Origin: an uncultured Saprospiraceae bacterium
GTDB lineage: Bacteria; Bacteroidota; Bacteroidia; Chitinophagales; Saprospiraceae
Direction: 5' to 3'
Assembly: GCA_938015595.1 (NCBI GenBank)
Contig: CALLPI010000010.1
Span: 214,167-278,166 of the forward strand
Length of the DNA: 64,000 nucleotides
Shown here: piece by piece, positions 48,501-55,784 of the stretch
Layout: every line of letters starts with the position of its first letter
Position numbering within the stretch: the stretch's first letter is position 1
The notes under the pieces: generated by a model
What the model was told of the DNA's origin: nothing
The model's input: only the letters and a program-made list of their open reading frames with translations
Databases searched by the model: none
Made by a program: the position numbers and the translations under genes

Positions 48501-50740
48501 AGGCTGGCAATGGAAGACGTGGAAGCGCCGGTGCTCCAGCGAAAAACGTAAGGAGATACCCCCCCAACGGCCTGAACCGTAGCAGAGCCGGTATTGCTAC
48601 CATGGCAGGGTATTTGCACAGCTGTGATATTGACCTCCAACAGCGGAGGCTGGGTAACAATAACAGAAGTAGTCGCTGTACAGCCATTGGCGTCAGTAGC
48701 CGTCACACTATAGGTGCCCACAGGAAGACCCGTGATTTGTGCAGTAGTAGCCCCATTTGACCAGGCAAAACTATACGGCGGCGTACCGCCCGATGCCAAT
48801 GCCGTGGCGCTGCCAGTATTAGCGCCGTGACAAAGCACGTTGACCCTAGTAGTCGAAACATCTAATGAAGGCGGCTGCATAATAGTAACACTAGCCGTAG
48901 CCATACATCCATTGGCATCCCTAGCCGAGACGGTATAAACACCTGCTGCTAAATTGGTGACCACCGAACCGACACTGCCGGTGCTCCAAGTGAATGTATA
49001 AGGCGCCGTACCGCCTGTAGCAGTAGCCGTAGCACTGCCGGTGCTATCACCAAAGCAAAGTACATCGGTGTGCACTATGGTGACCGTCAAATCATCAAAT
49101 ACAGTGATGCTGGTACTAGCTGAAGCGGTGCAACCATTGGCATCCGTCACTGTAACGGTGTATGTCCCGGTAGCTAATCCGCTTATAACAGGCGAAGTGG
49201 CACCATTGCTCCACAAATAGCTGTACGGCGCCGTACCACCCGAGGCTACTGCTGTAGCACTGCCGGTATTGCCTGTGCCGCATACTAGTGGCGTGGCTGT
49301 GATGGCAACACTTGGCGTCGGAGCACTCTGAATGATCCGAATGGCAGTAGCTGTGCACCCATTAGCATCCGTTACGGTTACAGAATACGTGCCTGAGGCC
49401 AGGTTGCTTATACCTTGCGAAGTGGCGCCAGTACTCCACAGGTAGGTAAAGGGCGCCGCTCCTCCCTGAGGTATGGCAGTAGCCATGCCTGTATTGGCCC
49501 CTTCGCAAACTAGTGGTGAAGCGGAAATTGTGGCACTGAATGGCAAAGCTGCACCCACCGAAGCTACAGCTATCTTGACACAGCCCGCTGCATCCGTCAC
49601 GGTTACGGTGTAAGCACCAGGCGCTAGATTACTCGCCACTTGCGTAGTGGCACCGTTACTCCATAAAAAAGTATAAGGCGGCTGACCACCAGAAGGCACA
49701 GCAATGGCAGTCCCGTTGTTTATACCTGGGCAGTTGGGGGTCGTACCGGTAGCTGTCACGTTCAGATTGGAAAGCGGTACCAATATAGCCGTAGCCGATA
49801 CTGGGCAGAGGTTCGCATCCGTAACGGTGACAGCGTAAGTGCCTGGCGGCAGATTGTTGATGACTGGGGTAGTGGCGCCAGTGCTCCAAAGGTAAGTATA
49901 AGGCGGCTGGCCGCCGGTGGCCACTGCTGTGATGCTGCCGTTGTTCACACCTGGACAAGCGGGATGCGTAGTCTGCAAATTTAGAAAAATACTGGATGGT
50001 GACAACACGCTAGCCGTGGCTGTGCGAGTACAGCCACGTGCGTCTGTCACAGTAAGGGTGTAGGTTCCCGCCCCAAGATTAAACAAATTGGGCGTGGTGG
50101 CGCCAGTGTTCCACAGGTAGGTAAACGGCGGCTTACCACCACTGACGGTAGAGGTAATCTGCCCATTCTGAAAACCCGGGCAAGTCAAGTTGGTAACCGT
50201 GAGCGATAGACTAATAGGCGGAAAAGTGATCTTCACACACCCTATAGCCTGACAACCATTCGCATCTGTGACAGTCAGGCAATAGTTGCCCAGCGCATTG
50301 ATGACAATGCTGGGAGCAGTTTGCCCTGTATTCCAAGCATAGGAATACGGCCCAGTACCCCCTATTGGATTGGCCGTCACAAGGGCTGGCAATACACACG
50401 TATCTCCAGAAAACACAATGGCCAGTTGTTGTGGCTGTGTAACCGTAGCGCTTTGCACCCCAGTATTACCCGCGGCGTCTGTCACAGTCACCGTGTAAGT
50501 GCCGGCAGGCAAAGTGTGAATGAACGGCCCAGAAGCACCGTTGCTCCACAAGTATTGATAGGGCCCCACCCCCCCCACAGCCGTAGCTGTAATGGAGCCA
50601 GTGGGCATGCCAAAACAAGGAGGATTGGCAATGTTGAGATGCACGGTAATTTGGGACATAAGCACGCCTGGAAGCATCATTGCCACGGCAAGGAAGCCTA
50701 AAAAGACGGCGTTACGTATCTTACGTAGTTCTGGATACAT
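45584..50740 (-). CDS. giant SprB-repeat cell-surface protein B: 12 SprB repeats, two CNA-B-like domains flanking a unique insert, then the same C-terminal cassette and T9SS tail as protein A
   Basis: ~1718 aa from ATG 50740 (MYPELRKIRNAVFLGFLAVAMMLPGVLMSQ). I counted 12 SprB motifs. The C-terminus reads LLYPNPLQQRAVLELF..YPAGVYFLRLHY. Confidence 0.85.
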   Translation of the reverse strand: MYPELRKIRNAVFLGFLAVAMMLPGVLMSQITVHLNIANPPCFGMPTGSITATAVGGVGPYQYLWSNGASGPFIHTLPAGTYTVTVTDAAGNTGVQSATVTQPQQLAIVFSGDTCVLPALVTANPIGGTGPYSYAWNTGQTAPSIVINALGNYCLTVTDANGCQAIGCVKITFPPISLSLTVTNLTCPGFQNGQITSTVSGGKPPFTYLWNTGATTPNLFNLGAGTYTLTVTDARGCTRTATASVLSPSSIFLNLQTTHPACPGVNNGSITAVATGGQPPYTYLWSTGATTPVINNLPPGTYAVTVTDANLCPVSATAILVPLSNLNVTATGTTPNCPGINNGTAIAVPSGGQPPYTFLWSNGATTQVASNLAPGAYTVTVTDAAGCVKIAVASVGAALPFSATISASPLVCEGANTGMATAIPQGGAAPFTYLWSTGATSQGISNLASGTYSVTVTDANGCTATAIRIIQSAPTPSVAITATPLVCGTGNTGSATAVASGGTAPYSYLWSNGATSPVISGLATGTYTVTVTDANGCTASASTSITVFDDLTVTIVHTDVLCFGDSTGSATATATGGTAPYTFTWSTGSVGSVVTNLAAGVYTVSARDANGCMATASVTIMQPPSLDVSTTRVNVLCHGANTGSATALASGGTPPYSFAWSNGATTAQITGLPVGTYSVTATDANGCTATTSVIVTQPPLLEVNITAVQIPCHGSNTGSATVQAVGGVSPYVFRWSTGASTSSIASLAPGVYNVTVTDSNGCDAIAGVQITQPPQLTLSLMQTQGTCQDTANGSLTAAASGGTPPYTYAWNGGATGPVRSNLPAGTYTVTVSDANGCTATATRTIAAFPVPACVINILQEVILGNDGALTVIPSGGTSPYSYLWNTGATSQIITGLNGGTYAVTITDANGCTTSCTINLIARSGLGDFVWEDINKNGLQDPGEPGVPNIQVRLKNAAGTIIDSTLTDANGRYSFVGLVPGTYAVQFVAPYPYLFTLINQGSNDTIDSDANQATMGMTPNVTLAPGEFNATLDAGIYVRPMVDMTDPCVCLNNSTTEVDGQFLEVITIFSYPGESWTLVNPVNLFSVNSLPPPAPPIPVTGSVPFVEVAPGVYELRFILLHDRPYRADFTNGIDTLDRSNVCRYPSINLTSPLPTDLCIFAEPIVLSAAPSVPGTVSYFLNGIPITVLDPQQLAPGNYEFLARLMPFDPNECETSIRSTISVTSNCLAKLGDRAWLDENENGLQDPGEPGLQGVKVVVTGVGASTPYSDSTLTDNTGMYMFSLPPGTYKLTFSLPAGSDLRPTLPNIGSNDAIDSDPDTIMLMTQVITLAPNQIDLTWDAGFVPPCINLTSAGTIGPAYQFLCGPGNVPQPLVNVAFPLGGTPGAPIEYIWMRSVVGGPFDNGSWELIPGTNSPNYQPGPIYQSTYFARCARRVDCGPFLESNVVFVEVGSISVANISGPSIVCFGQPATFSATGTVPGAVITWSFGPGVVPSTAVGSPVTVNFTSFGTFQITLTVTQNGCTASNIGFITVSTSPIVCGGDLRVEAMARGERAVDVTWVFPESEPYTVFAVEYSKDGTDFRIIANVAQPVRVDGGQRYFQFTDFQPKRGRNYYRVKLVRDGQPEVYSNIAEAILYSDSKLLLLYPNPLQQRAVLELFETFNNPVLVDVVTVSGVVLESLRLPAATQRVELDFSSYPAGVYFLRLHYGELEIKRLKVLKL
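47966..50650 (-). repeat. array of 12 in-frame SprB-type repeats
   Basis: Same motif counting as for gene A. The boundaries are approximate. Confidence 0.8.
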
Positions 50741-51250
50741 AGCGAATTTATAATAATTTACTAGTTCATATAGTCCCGTGTATCGCACGGCAAATACTAT
50801 GCCGCAATACATACGCCATACAACTTTTAGTGGAAAACCGCACATTTTTTTTTGAATAGCTGCGCTTGGTTTTCGCTTGGTATTTCAAAAGGGAGATGTA
50901 CGAATGAAGGGGCGTCTATGCAGTGGCAGGCTCCTTGGGAGTGGCACCCCTTTTGAGCGCTTTACACTGACACAAGTGCAAAGAAAGGGCTTTGTGTCGA
51001 GATTTGCAAGGCGAATTTTAGACGACACCAAAAAAAGTCGCACCATCACGAAAGATGATACGACCTACTACTAACAAATTATAATCCCATGAATATGTAC
51101 AGTACAGCCTGAACCTATGAGCCTTTTATCAATTATCAAAAATAGAACCTCAAAAAAGTGCGATTTAGTATATAAAACTAAAAAAACAACAGCAGCCCGA
51201 GGAGGAAAGTTCCTGCGTTATTTGCTGATTAACACTTTGTAAACAGAAGT

Positions 51251-51814
51251 TTACTTCTTGTTGTACAGGTTCATGGTTTGCTGCAAGCCAATAGCGACGA
51301 AGCTACGCACCGTCTCGGCAGCAGTCTTCAATATTTCGGGCAATTTGGCTTTTTCTTCTTCATTCCAATCGCTCAGTACAAACTCCGCCTGTCGTCCTTT
51401 AGGAAAATCTGCCCCAATGCCAATGCGCAGGCGGGCGTAGTTATTATGGCCCAGCATCGCATCAATATCTTTGAGACCATTGTGACCGCCGTCACTGCCC
51501 GATGGGCGCAAGCGCTGTTTGCCAAAGGGGAGGTTGATCTCATCCAGGATAACCAACAAATTGGATGTTTCGATTTTTTCCTTTTGAAGCCAGTAGCGTA
51601 CAGCCTTGCCGCTTCGGTTCATATATGTAGAAGGTTTGAGTAGCACCAGCGTGCGGCCTTTGTGCTTGACACGGGCTACGGCGCCCAGGTGTTCGGGTTC
51701 CCAGGCAGCGCCTGCGTCTTGAGCCAGAAGATCTACTACCTGAAAGCCAACATTGTGCCGTGTGTACGCATACTCCGCGCCAATGTTGCCAAGGCCAGCG
51801 ATTAAATATTTCAT
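51251..51814 (-). CDS. pth: peptidyl-tRNA hydrolase
   Basis: MKYLIAGLGNIGAEYAYTRHNVGF and GHNGLKDI; 187 aa. Confidence 0.93.
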   Translation of the reverse strand: MKYLIAGLGNIGAEYAYTRHNVGFQVVDLLAQDAGAAWEPEHLGAVARVKHKGRTLVLLKPSTYMNRSGKAVRYWLQKEKIETSNLLVILDEINLPFGKQRLRPSGSDGGHNGLKDIDAMLGHNNYARLRIGIGADFPKGRQAEFVLSDWNEEEKAKLPEILKTAAETVRSFVAIGLQQTMNLYNKK

Positions 51815-51995
51815 TGCAAATAAAAACTTAGAGGCTGCAAAGGTCTTAAATTGGATTTAATTTTCCTGGTTGGGGGTTTTGCTGCAGACAAACAAGTTAT
51901 ATTGGGGGCAACGCCAAGTTTTGTACATGGCTGTGCACAAAAACTTAGCGAGTCGAAGTATAGATACGCACATACCCACTTGCCACTTGCCCTGG

Positions 51996-53942
51996 TTACC
52001 CTCGGGGCGACACCTCCACCACAGGTATCTTGATTTCTACCCGGGTGCCTCTGGCTTCGCCGGTGTGCTCATCCTTAAGGTCAATGGTGCGCACCAAGAT
52101 GCCTTTCTGGCTGGATTGCTGTAGCAATTGCAGACGCTCCAGGGTAATGCTGGTGCCCAGCGAGCGATGGTCGTTGTAATACCCTCTGGCACGCTGCATC
52201 TGGCGGGCTTTTTCTCTCCCGATACCGTTGTCTTCCACGATGCATAATATATTGTGATGGTCTAGCAGGGAGAAGCGCACCTCCAACAGGCCATTTTCCT
52301 TTATGCGCAAGCCGTGTTCCAAGGCATTTTCCACATAGGGCTGTACAATCATAGTGGGCACGCCACAGATATCCTCTTCAATGTCGTCGTCCACAATGAT
52401 GCGGTACTGCAAGCGGCCCTCAAAGCGAAGTTTTTCGTTGAGGTACAAATAATCCTCCAGGAACTCGATTTCCTTGTCCAGAGAGATATTTTCATAGTTG
52501 GAATACTCAAGGCTACGGCGCATAAGCTGAGCAAAGCGAGCCAAGTATTTAGAGGCAGGGCCAGTTTCGTTGGATGTGATAAACTGCTGTATGGCGTTGA
52601 GGGCGTTGTACATGAAGTGAGGGTTCATCTGCGCACGCAGGGCTTTGAGTTGAAGTTTGTACCCTTGCAGACGCAGCATTTCGGCCTCCTGCTTTTTCTT
52701 CTCGGCTTCGTAGCGCACTTCCAGTTCCATCAGGCGCCGAGTATTGACCTGCTCGCGGTAGCGCTCGGCCATTTGATCGTACAAGAGCTGAAACTCATAG
52801 GCATTCTTAAAGTCCTTTCGCGCGGCATAAAATGCGGCCACATCGCGGCATATACTGGAGAGTTGCTTGTAATCTTCCGTTTGGCGGGCATATTCAAAGG
52901 CCTGGGCAAAGTGCTCTTTAGCTTTGGAGGTCTTGCCGGTTTCGGCATAGAAACTGCCGCGCCATCCCTCAATGATAGAAAAGTTGTGCGCTGCTCCTGC
53001 TGGCCTGGCTTTAAACAACTCCTCGGCCTGCTGAAATAAGGCCAGCACGTTGCCGTACTGCCGGCGCCGGAAGCGGCAATAGCCCAGATTGCCTAAGGCG
53101 CTTGCGCGGGCTACGATTTCGGCCTCCTGCCCCATATTTACTACCTTGCCAAAGTAAACTTCGGCTTGTTCATATTCGCCCAACGACATCAGCCCCACGC
53201 CCACGTTTAGGTAATGCCAATCCATACGAGCGCGAATGCCGGTGTCTTCACAAATTTCAACCACACGGCGATAGGCCTCTACGCTTCGCTCAATGTCGCC
53301 GCTACGCTCATACACTTTACCCAGGCCGCTGTAAATCAGGGTCAGGAAGTATTGATCCTTAAGTTCGAAAGGGGTGATCTGACGGATAGACTTGTCGGCT
53401 TCCAGCAAAAGTTCGGTAGCAGTGGCCAGATCGCCATAATGCAACTGAAGGAAGCCCTCGCGGCAAGTGTAGCGCGAAGCTAGGCGAATGTTTGGACGGC
53501 GCTGCAGCAGTTTATTGGCCTTGTCAAGCCATTGCTCAGCCTCCTCTAGGCGTTCAAGGTTCATACAAATGCCGGCATAATCCACGTAAAGTTCGGTGCG
53601 GCGAAGTACATCACCTTGCTCCTCGGCCAGGATAAGGGCATCCAGGTAATGCTGGGCGGCTTCTTGAAAGTGATAGAACTGGTTCTCGATAACTCCGCTG
53701 AAATAATGAAAATTGACCTGGAAATCAGCATGAGGCCACTGCGCGAGCAACTGCTCCTGCTCGGCCAATAGCAATCGGGCGCGGCTTGGATCAGTGTAAA
53801 TTAAATGAGCAACCAACTTGTCTATGAGGTCTAAGCGCTTCTGGGGGTTGGCTTCATTGGCTAGCTTGGCGTCCCATTGCTTGATCTGGTTGCGCCGAGG
53901 TGTCATATAAGTAGTCATACCCGCTAAATACTTGTCATTCAA
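51996..53942 (-). CDS. soluble TPR-repeat sensor histidine kinase of the LytS/YehU (His_kinase + HATPase_c) type
   Basis: ~400 aa of TPR-like repeats, a coiled-coil (EAEKKKQEAEMLRL), then MNPHFMYNALNAIQQF and an ATPase domain (VEDNGIG). I see no hydrophobic stretch long enough for a TM helix. The track start is TTG; the ATG at 53918 is an alternative. Confidence 0.8.
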   Translation of the reverse strand: MNDKYLAGMTTYMTPRRNQIKQWDAKLANEANPQKRLDLIDKLVAHLIYTDPSRARLLLAEQEQLLAQWPHADFQVNFHYFSGVIENQFYHFQEAAQHYLDALILAEEQGDVLRRTELYVDYAGICMNLERLEEAEQWLDKANKLLQRRPNIRLASRYTCREGFLQLHYGDLATATELLLEADKSIRQITPFELKDQYFLTLIYSGLGKVYERSGDIERSVEAYRRVVEICEDTGIRARMDWHYLNVGVGLMSLGEYEQAEVYFGKVVNMGQEAEIVARASALGNLGYCRFRRRQYGNVLALFQQAEELFKARPAGAAHNFSIIEGWRGSFYAETGKTSKAKEHFAQAFEYARQTEDYKQLSSICRDVAAFYAARKDFKNAYEFQLLYDQMAERYREQVNTRRLMELEVRYEAEKKKQEAEMLRLQGYKLQLKALRAQMNPHFMYNALNAIQQFITSNETGPASKYLARFAQLMRRSLEYSNYENISLDKEIEFLEDYLYLNEKLRFEGRLQYRIIVDDDIEEDICGVPTMIVQPYVENALEHGLRIKENGLLEVRFSLLDHHNILCIVEDNGIGREKARQMQRARGYYNDHRSLGTSITLERLQLLQQSSQKGILVRTIDLKDEHTGEARGTRVEIKIPVVEVSPRG

Positions 53943-53981
53943 AAAAATACAAGAGGACTACCGCTTGAGCGCGTAGTCCTC
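53941..53981 (-). terminator. intrinsic terminator after the small peptide gene (9-bp stem GAGGACTAC / GTAGTCCTC followed by TTGTATTTTTTT on the minus strand)
   Basis: Stem arms at 53953-53961 and 53973-53981, with an 11-nt loop. A T-rich tail follows immediately 3' on the minus strand. Confidence 0.55.
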
Positions 53982-54016
53982 CCACAGTATCATATTCGTA
54001 AAACAACCGCGTAGCT

Positions 54017-54175
54017 TTACTGGGGCACTATACCCCCCAGGCCACTGTTCCATTTATTCTTTTCTTTGTCCTTTTCTTTGTCCGAGCTCCCCCCCCGAAC
54101 TTTTTCCTGATCCTTTTTATCAATCGTTTTGATTTCTTTTTTCAGTTCATCCAGGCTTTTTTTATCCTTCCCCAT
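54017..54175 (-). CDS. 52-aa peptide with a double-glycine-type leader (candidate exported peptide precursor)
   Basis: From ATG 54175: MGKDKKSLDELKKEIKTIDKKDQEKVRGG / SSDKEKDKEKNKWNSGLGGIVPQ. The leader resembles GG-leader precursors of Bacteroidota (..KE.I..L.d.Em..vkGG). It is flanked by a candidate promoter and a clear terminator. Confidence 0.4.
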   Translation of the reverse strand: MGKDKKSLDELKKEIKTIDKKDQEKVRGGSSDKEKDKEKNKWNSGLGGIVPQ

Positions 54176-54232
54176 AGTAAAAGATTGAGATGGTACACGA
54201 ATGCGGCAGGGGGCTTTCACATAAACCAACAC

Positions 54233-54263
54233 CAAAGGTAGCTACTGAGGAGCGTATATGCAA
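54233..54263 (-). promoter_or_regulatory. candidate Bacteroidetes sigma-A promoter (TTG - 20 nt - TACCTTTG)
   Basis: The minus strand reads ccTTGcatatacgctcctcagtagcTACCTTTGgtg. TACCTTTG fits the -7 TAnnTTTG consensus exactly, and the -33 element is 3 of 4 (cTTG). It lies ~55 nt upstream of ATG 54175. Confidence 0.25.
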
Positions 54264-54315
54264 GGAATTGACTGTTAAACCAACATATTTTTTTATTCCT
54301 AAAGCCAGGCATTGC

Positions 54316-54738
54316 TCAAATGCGCTTAGCGTTGCGCTGCTCTTGTTCTTTTACTTCGAGGTGGTTGAGCAGCAGGCGCAAGGCATCGGCGGAAAGGAAT
54401 ATCTCCCACAGGCATAGCACCAGCGATATGATCATCAAAAACATGCTGAAAGCAAAGCCAACATGTGCCATAGGCTGCAACTGCCTATACACCAAAAACA
54501 TGGTAACGGTGCATCCTAATAGGCTGGCAATAGCAAAGAATTGCGCCCAACGAATGAGATGTACCCGCTTTCGGAGATTCTTAATTTGCGAAAGCAAATT
54601 TTCCTGGTGTGTAGTCTCAAAATCAGCCGATAATTTGCGTATGAGGCTTGCTATCGCCAAAAAGCGGTTGGTGTAAGCTAGCATTAGCAGCGAAATGGTC
54701 GGAAACAGAAGCGCTGGCGTCTGTATGGTGAGTTCCAT
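54316..54738 (-). CDS. DUF2721-like membrane protein
   Basis: ATG at 54738 (MELTIQTPALLFPTISLLMLAYTNRFLAIASLIRKL) and three hydrophobic helices. The family assignment is from memory. Confidence 0.5.
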   Translation of the reverse strand: MELTIQTPALLFPTISLLMLAYTNRFLAIASLIRKLSADFETTHQENLLSQIKNLRKRVHLIRWAQFFAIASLLGCTVTMFLVYRQLQPMAHVGFAFSMFLMIISLVLCLWEIFLSADALRLLLNHLEVKEQEQRNAKRI

Positions 54739-54743
54739 AAGAA

Positions 54744-54902
54744 TCAAATCACCTTCAGTGCCCTGGCCAGGTAGGTAAGTACGAAAGGTAGCGCTACCCA
54801 GAACCACTCATTCACGTACATCAGCATCAAAATAATGACTACCAGCGATACCAGGAAGATGAGCCAGTCGCTGGTGGTAGAGCTATTTGCTTTGCTAGTC
54901 AT
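54744..54902 (-). CDS. possible 52-aa two-helix membrane peptide (below the ORF-track cutoff)
   Basis: Hand translation gives MTSKANSSTTSDWLIFLVSLVVIILMLMYVNEWFWVALPFVLTYLARALKVI. The stop lies 5 nt before the DUF2721 start codon. Confidence 0.3.
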   Translation of the reverse strand: MTSKANSSTTSDWLIFLVSLVVIILMLMYVNEWFWVALPFVLTYLARALKVI

Positions 54903-54967
54903 GCCTTTTTCTGTTTTGATGCTGCAAAAGTAAAAAATCCTTTTCTTTGGGCTACAAAAAAACGATC

Positions 54968-55738
54968 ATGAACATATTTGACAAGTTCAAGCTCACAAAC
55001 AAGGTAGCACTGATTACCGGCGCCAGCAAAGGTATAGGCGAAGCCATAGCCCAGGGGCTTGGGCAGGCCGGCGCTAAAGTCATCATCAATAGCCGTAAAC
55101 AGGACGCCCTAGAAGCCGCCGCTGAACGCCTGCGCACCAACGGCGTACAGCATGTGCTGCCCATCGCGGCCAATGCCGGCCACTTGGAGGATATACAGCG
55201 CTTGCTGGCACAGGCGCAAGAGGCATTTGGCGGAGTGGACATCCTAGTCAACAACGCCGCTGTCAATCCTGTATTCGGCCCTGTGGAGCAAACTGACGCT
55301 GCTGCCTTTGACAAAATCATGGATGTCAACGTAAAAGGCCCCTTCGAGCTAGCCAAAGGTGTCTTGCCCCAAATGCAGGCGCGCGGCGGTGGTGTCATTA
55401 TCAACATCGGTAGTATCGGCGGCGTCTCGCCAGAGCCATTCCTAGGCATCTACAGCGTCAGCAAAGCCGCCCTGGTCATGCTCACCAAAGTGCTGGCCAA
55501 AGAGTGGGGCACACACGGCATCCGCGTCAATGCCATTTGCCCTGGCTTGATACAAACTAAGTTCAGCCAGGCGCTCTGGGGCAATGAAGCTTTGCTCAAG
55601 CACCTTCTCACCCAACTCCCCGCTGGCAGAATTGGCACAGTAGATGAAATTGCCGGCCTTGCTCTGATGCTGGCTTCCGATGCTGGTTCCTACTGTACCG
55701 GCGCTGTATTCACCGCTGATGGCGGGCATACGGTATAA
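54968..55738 (+). CDS. short-chain dehydrogenase/reductase (SDR) family oxidoreductase
   Basis: TGASKGIGEA, NNAAV, YSVSKAA. ATG at 54968. Confidence 0.85.
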   Translation: MNIFDKFKLTNKVALITGASKGIGEAIAQGLGQAGAKVIINSRKQDALEAAAERLRTNGVQHVLPIAANAGHLEDIQRLLAQAQEAFGGVDILVNNAAVNPVFGPVEQTDAAAFDKIMDVNVKGPFELAKGVLPQMQARGGGVIINIGSIGGVSPEPFLGIYSVSKAALVMLTKVLAKEWGTHGIRVNAICPGLIQTKFSQALWGNEALLKHLLTQLPAGRIGTVDEIAGLALMLASDAGSYCTGAVFTADGGHTV

Positions 55739-55784
55739 AACAACTGGGCACATCCATTTCCTGACCCAATAAACAAACGAAATC

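Noticed and set aside
41058-50650. The regular ~225-235-nt periodicity could be mistaken for a CRISPR-like or satellite array.
   Set aside because: The repeats are in frame and encode SprB-type domains. They are much longer than CRISPR repeats, have no unique spacers between them, and no cas genes are present.
50877-51074. A 65-aa ORF in the AT-rich ~500-nt region upstream of giant gene B.
   Set aside because: It has an arginine-rich, motif-free translation, starts at a non-ATG codon in the track, and lies in what is more plausibly the promoter/leader of the adhesin gene and the terminator region of pth.
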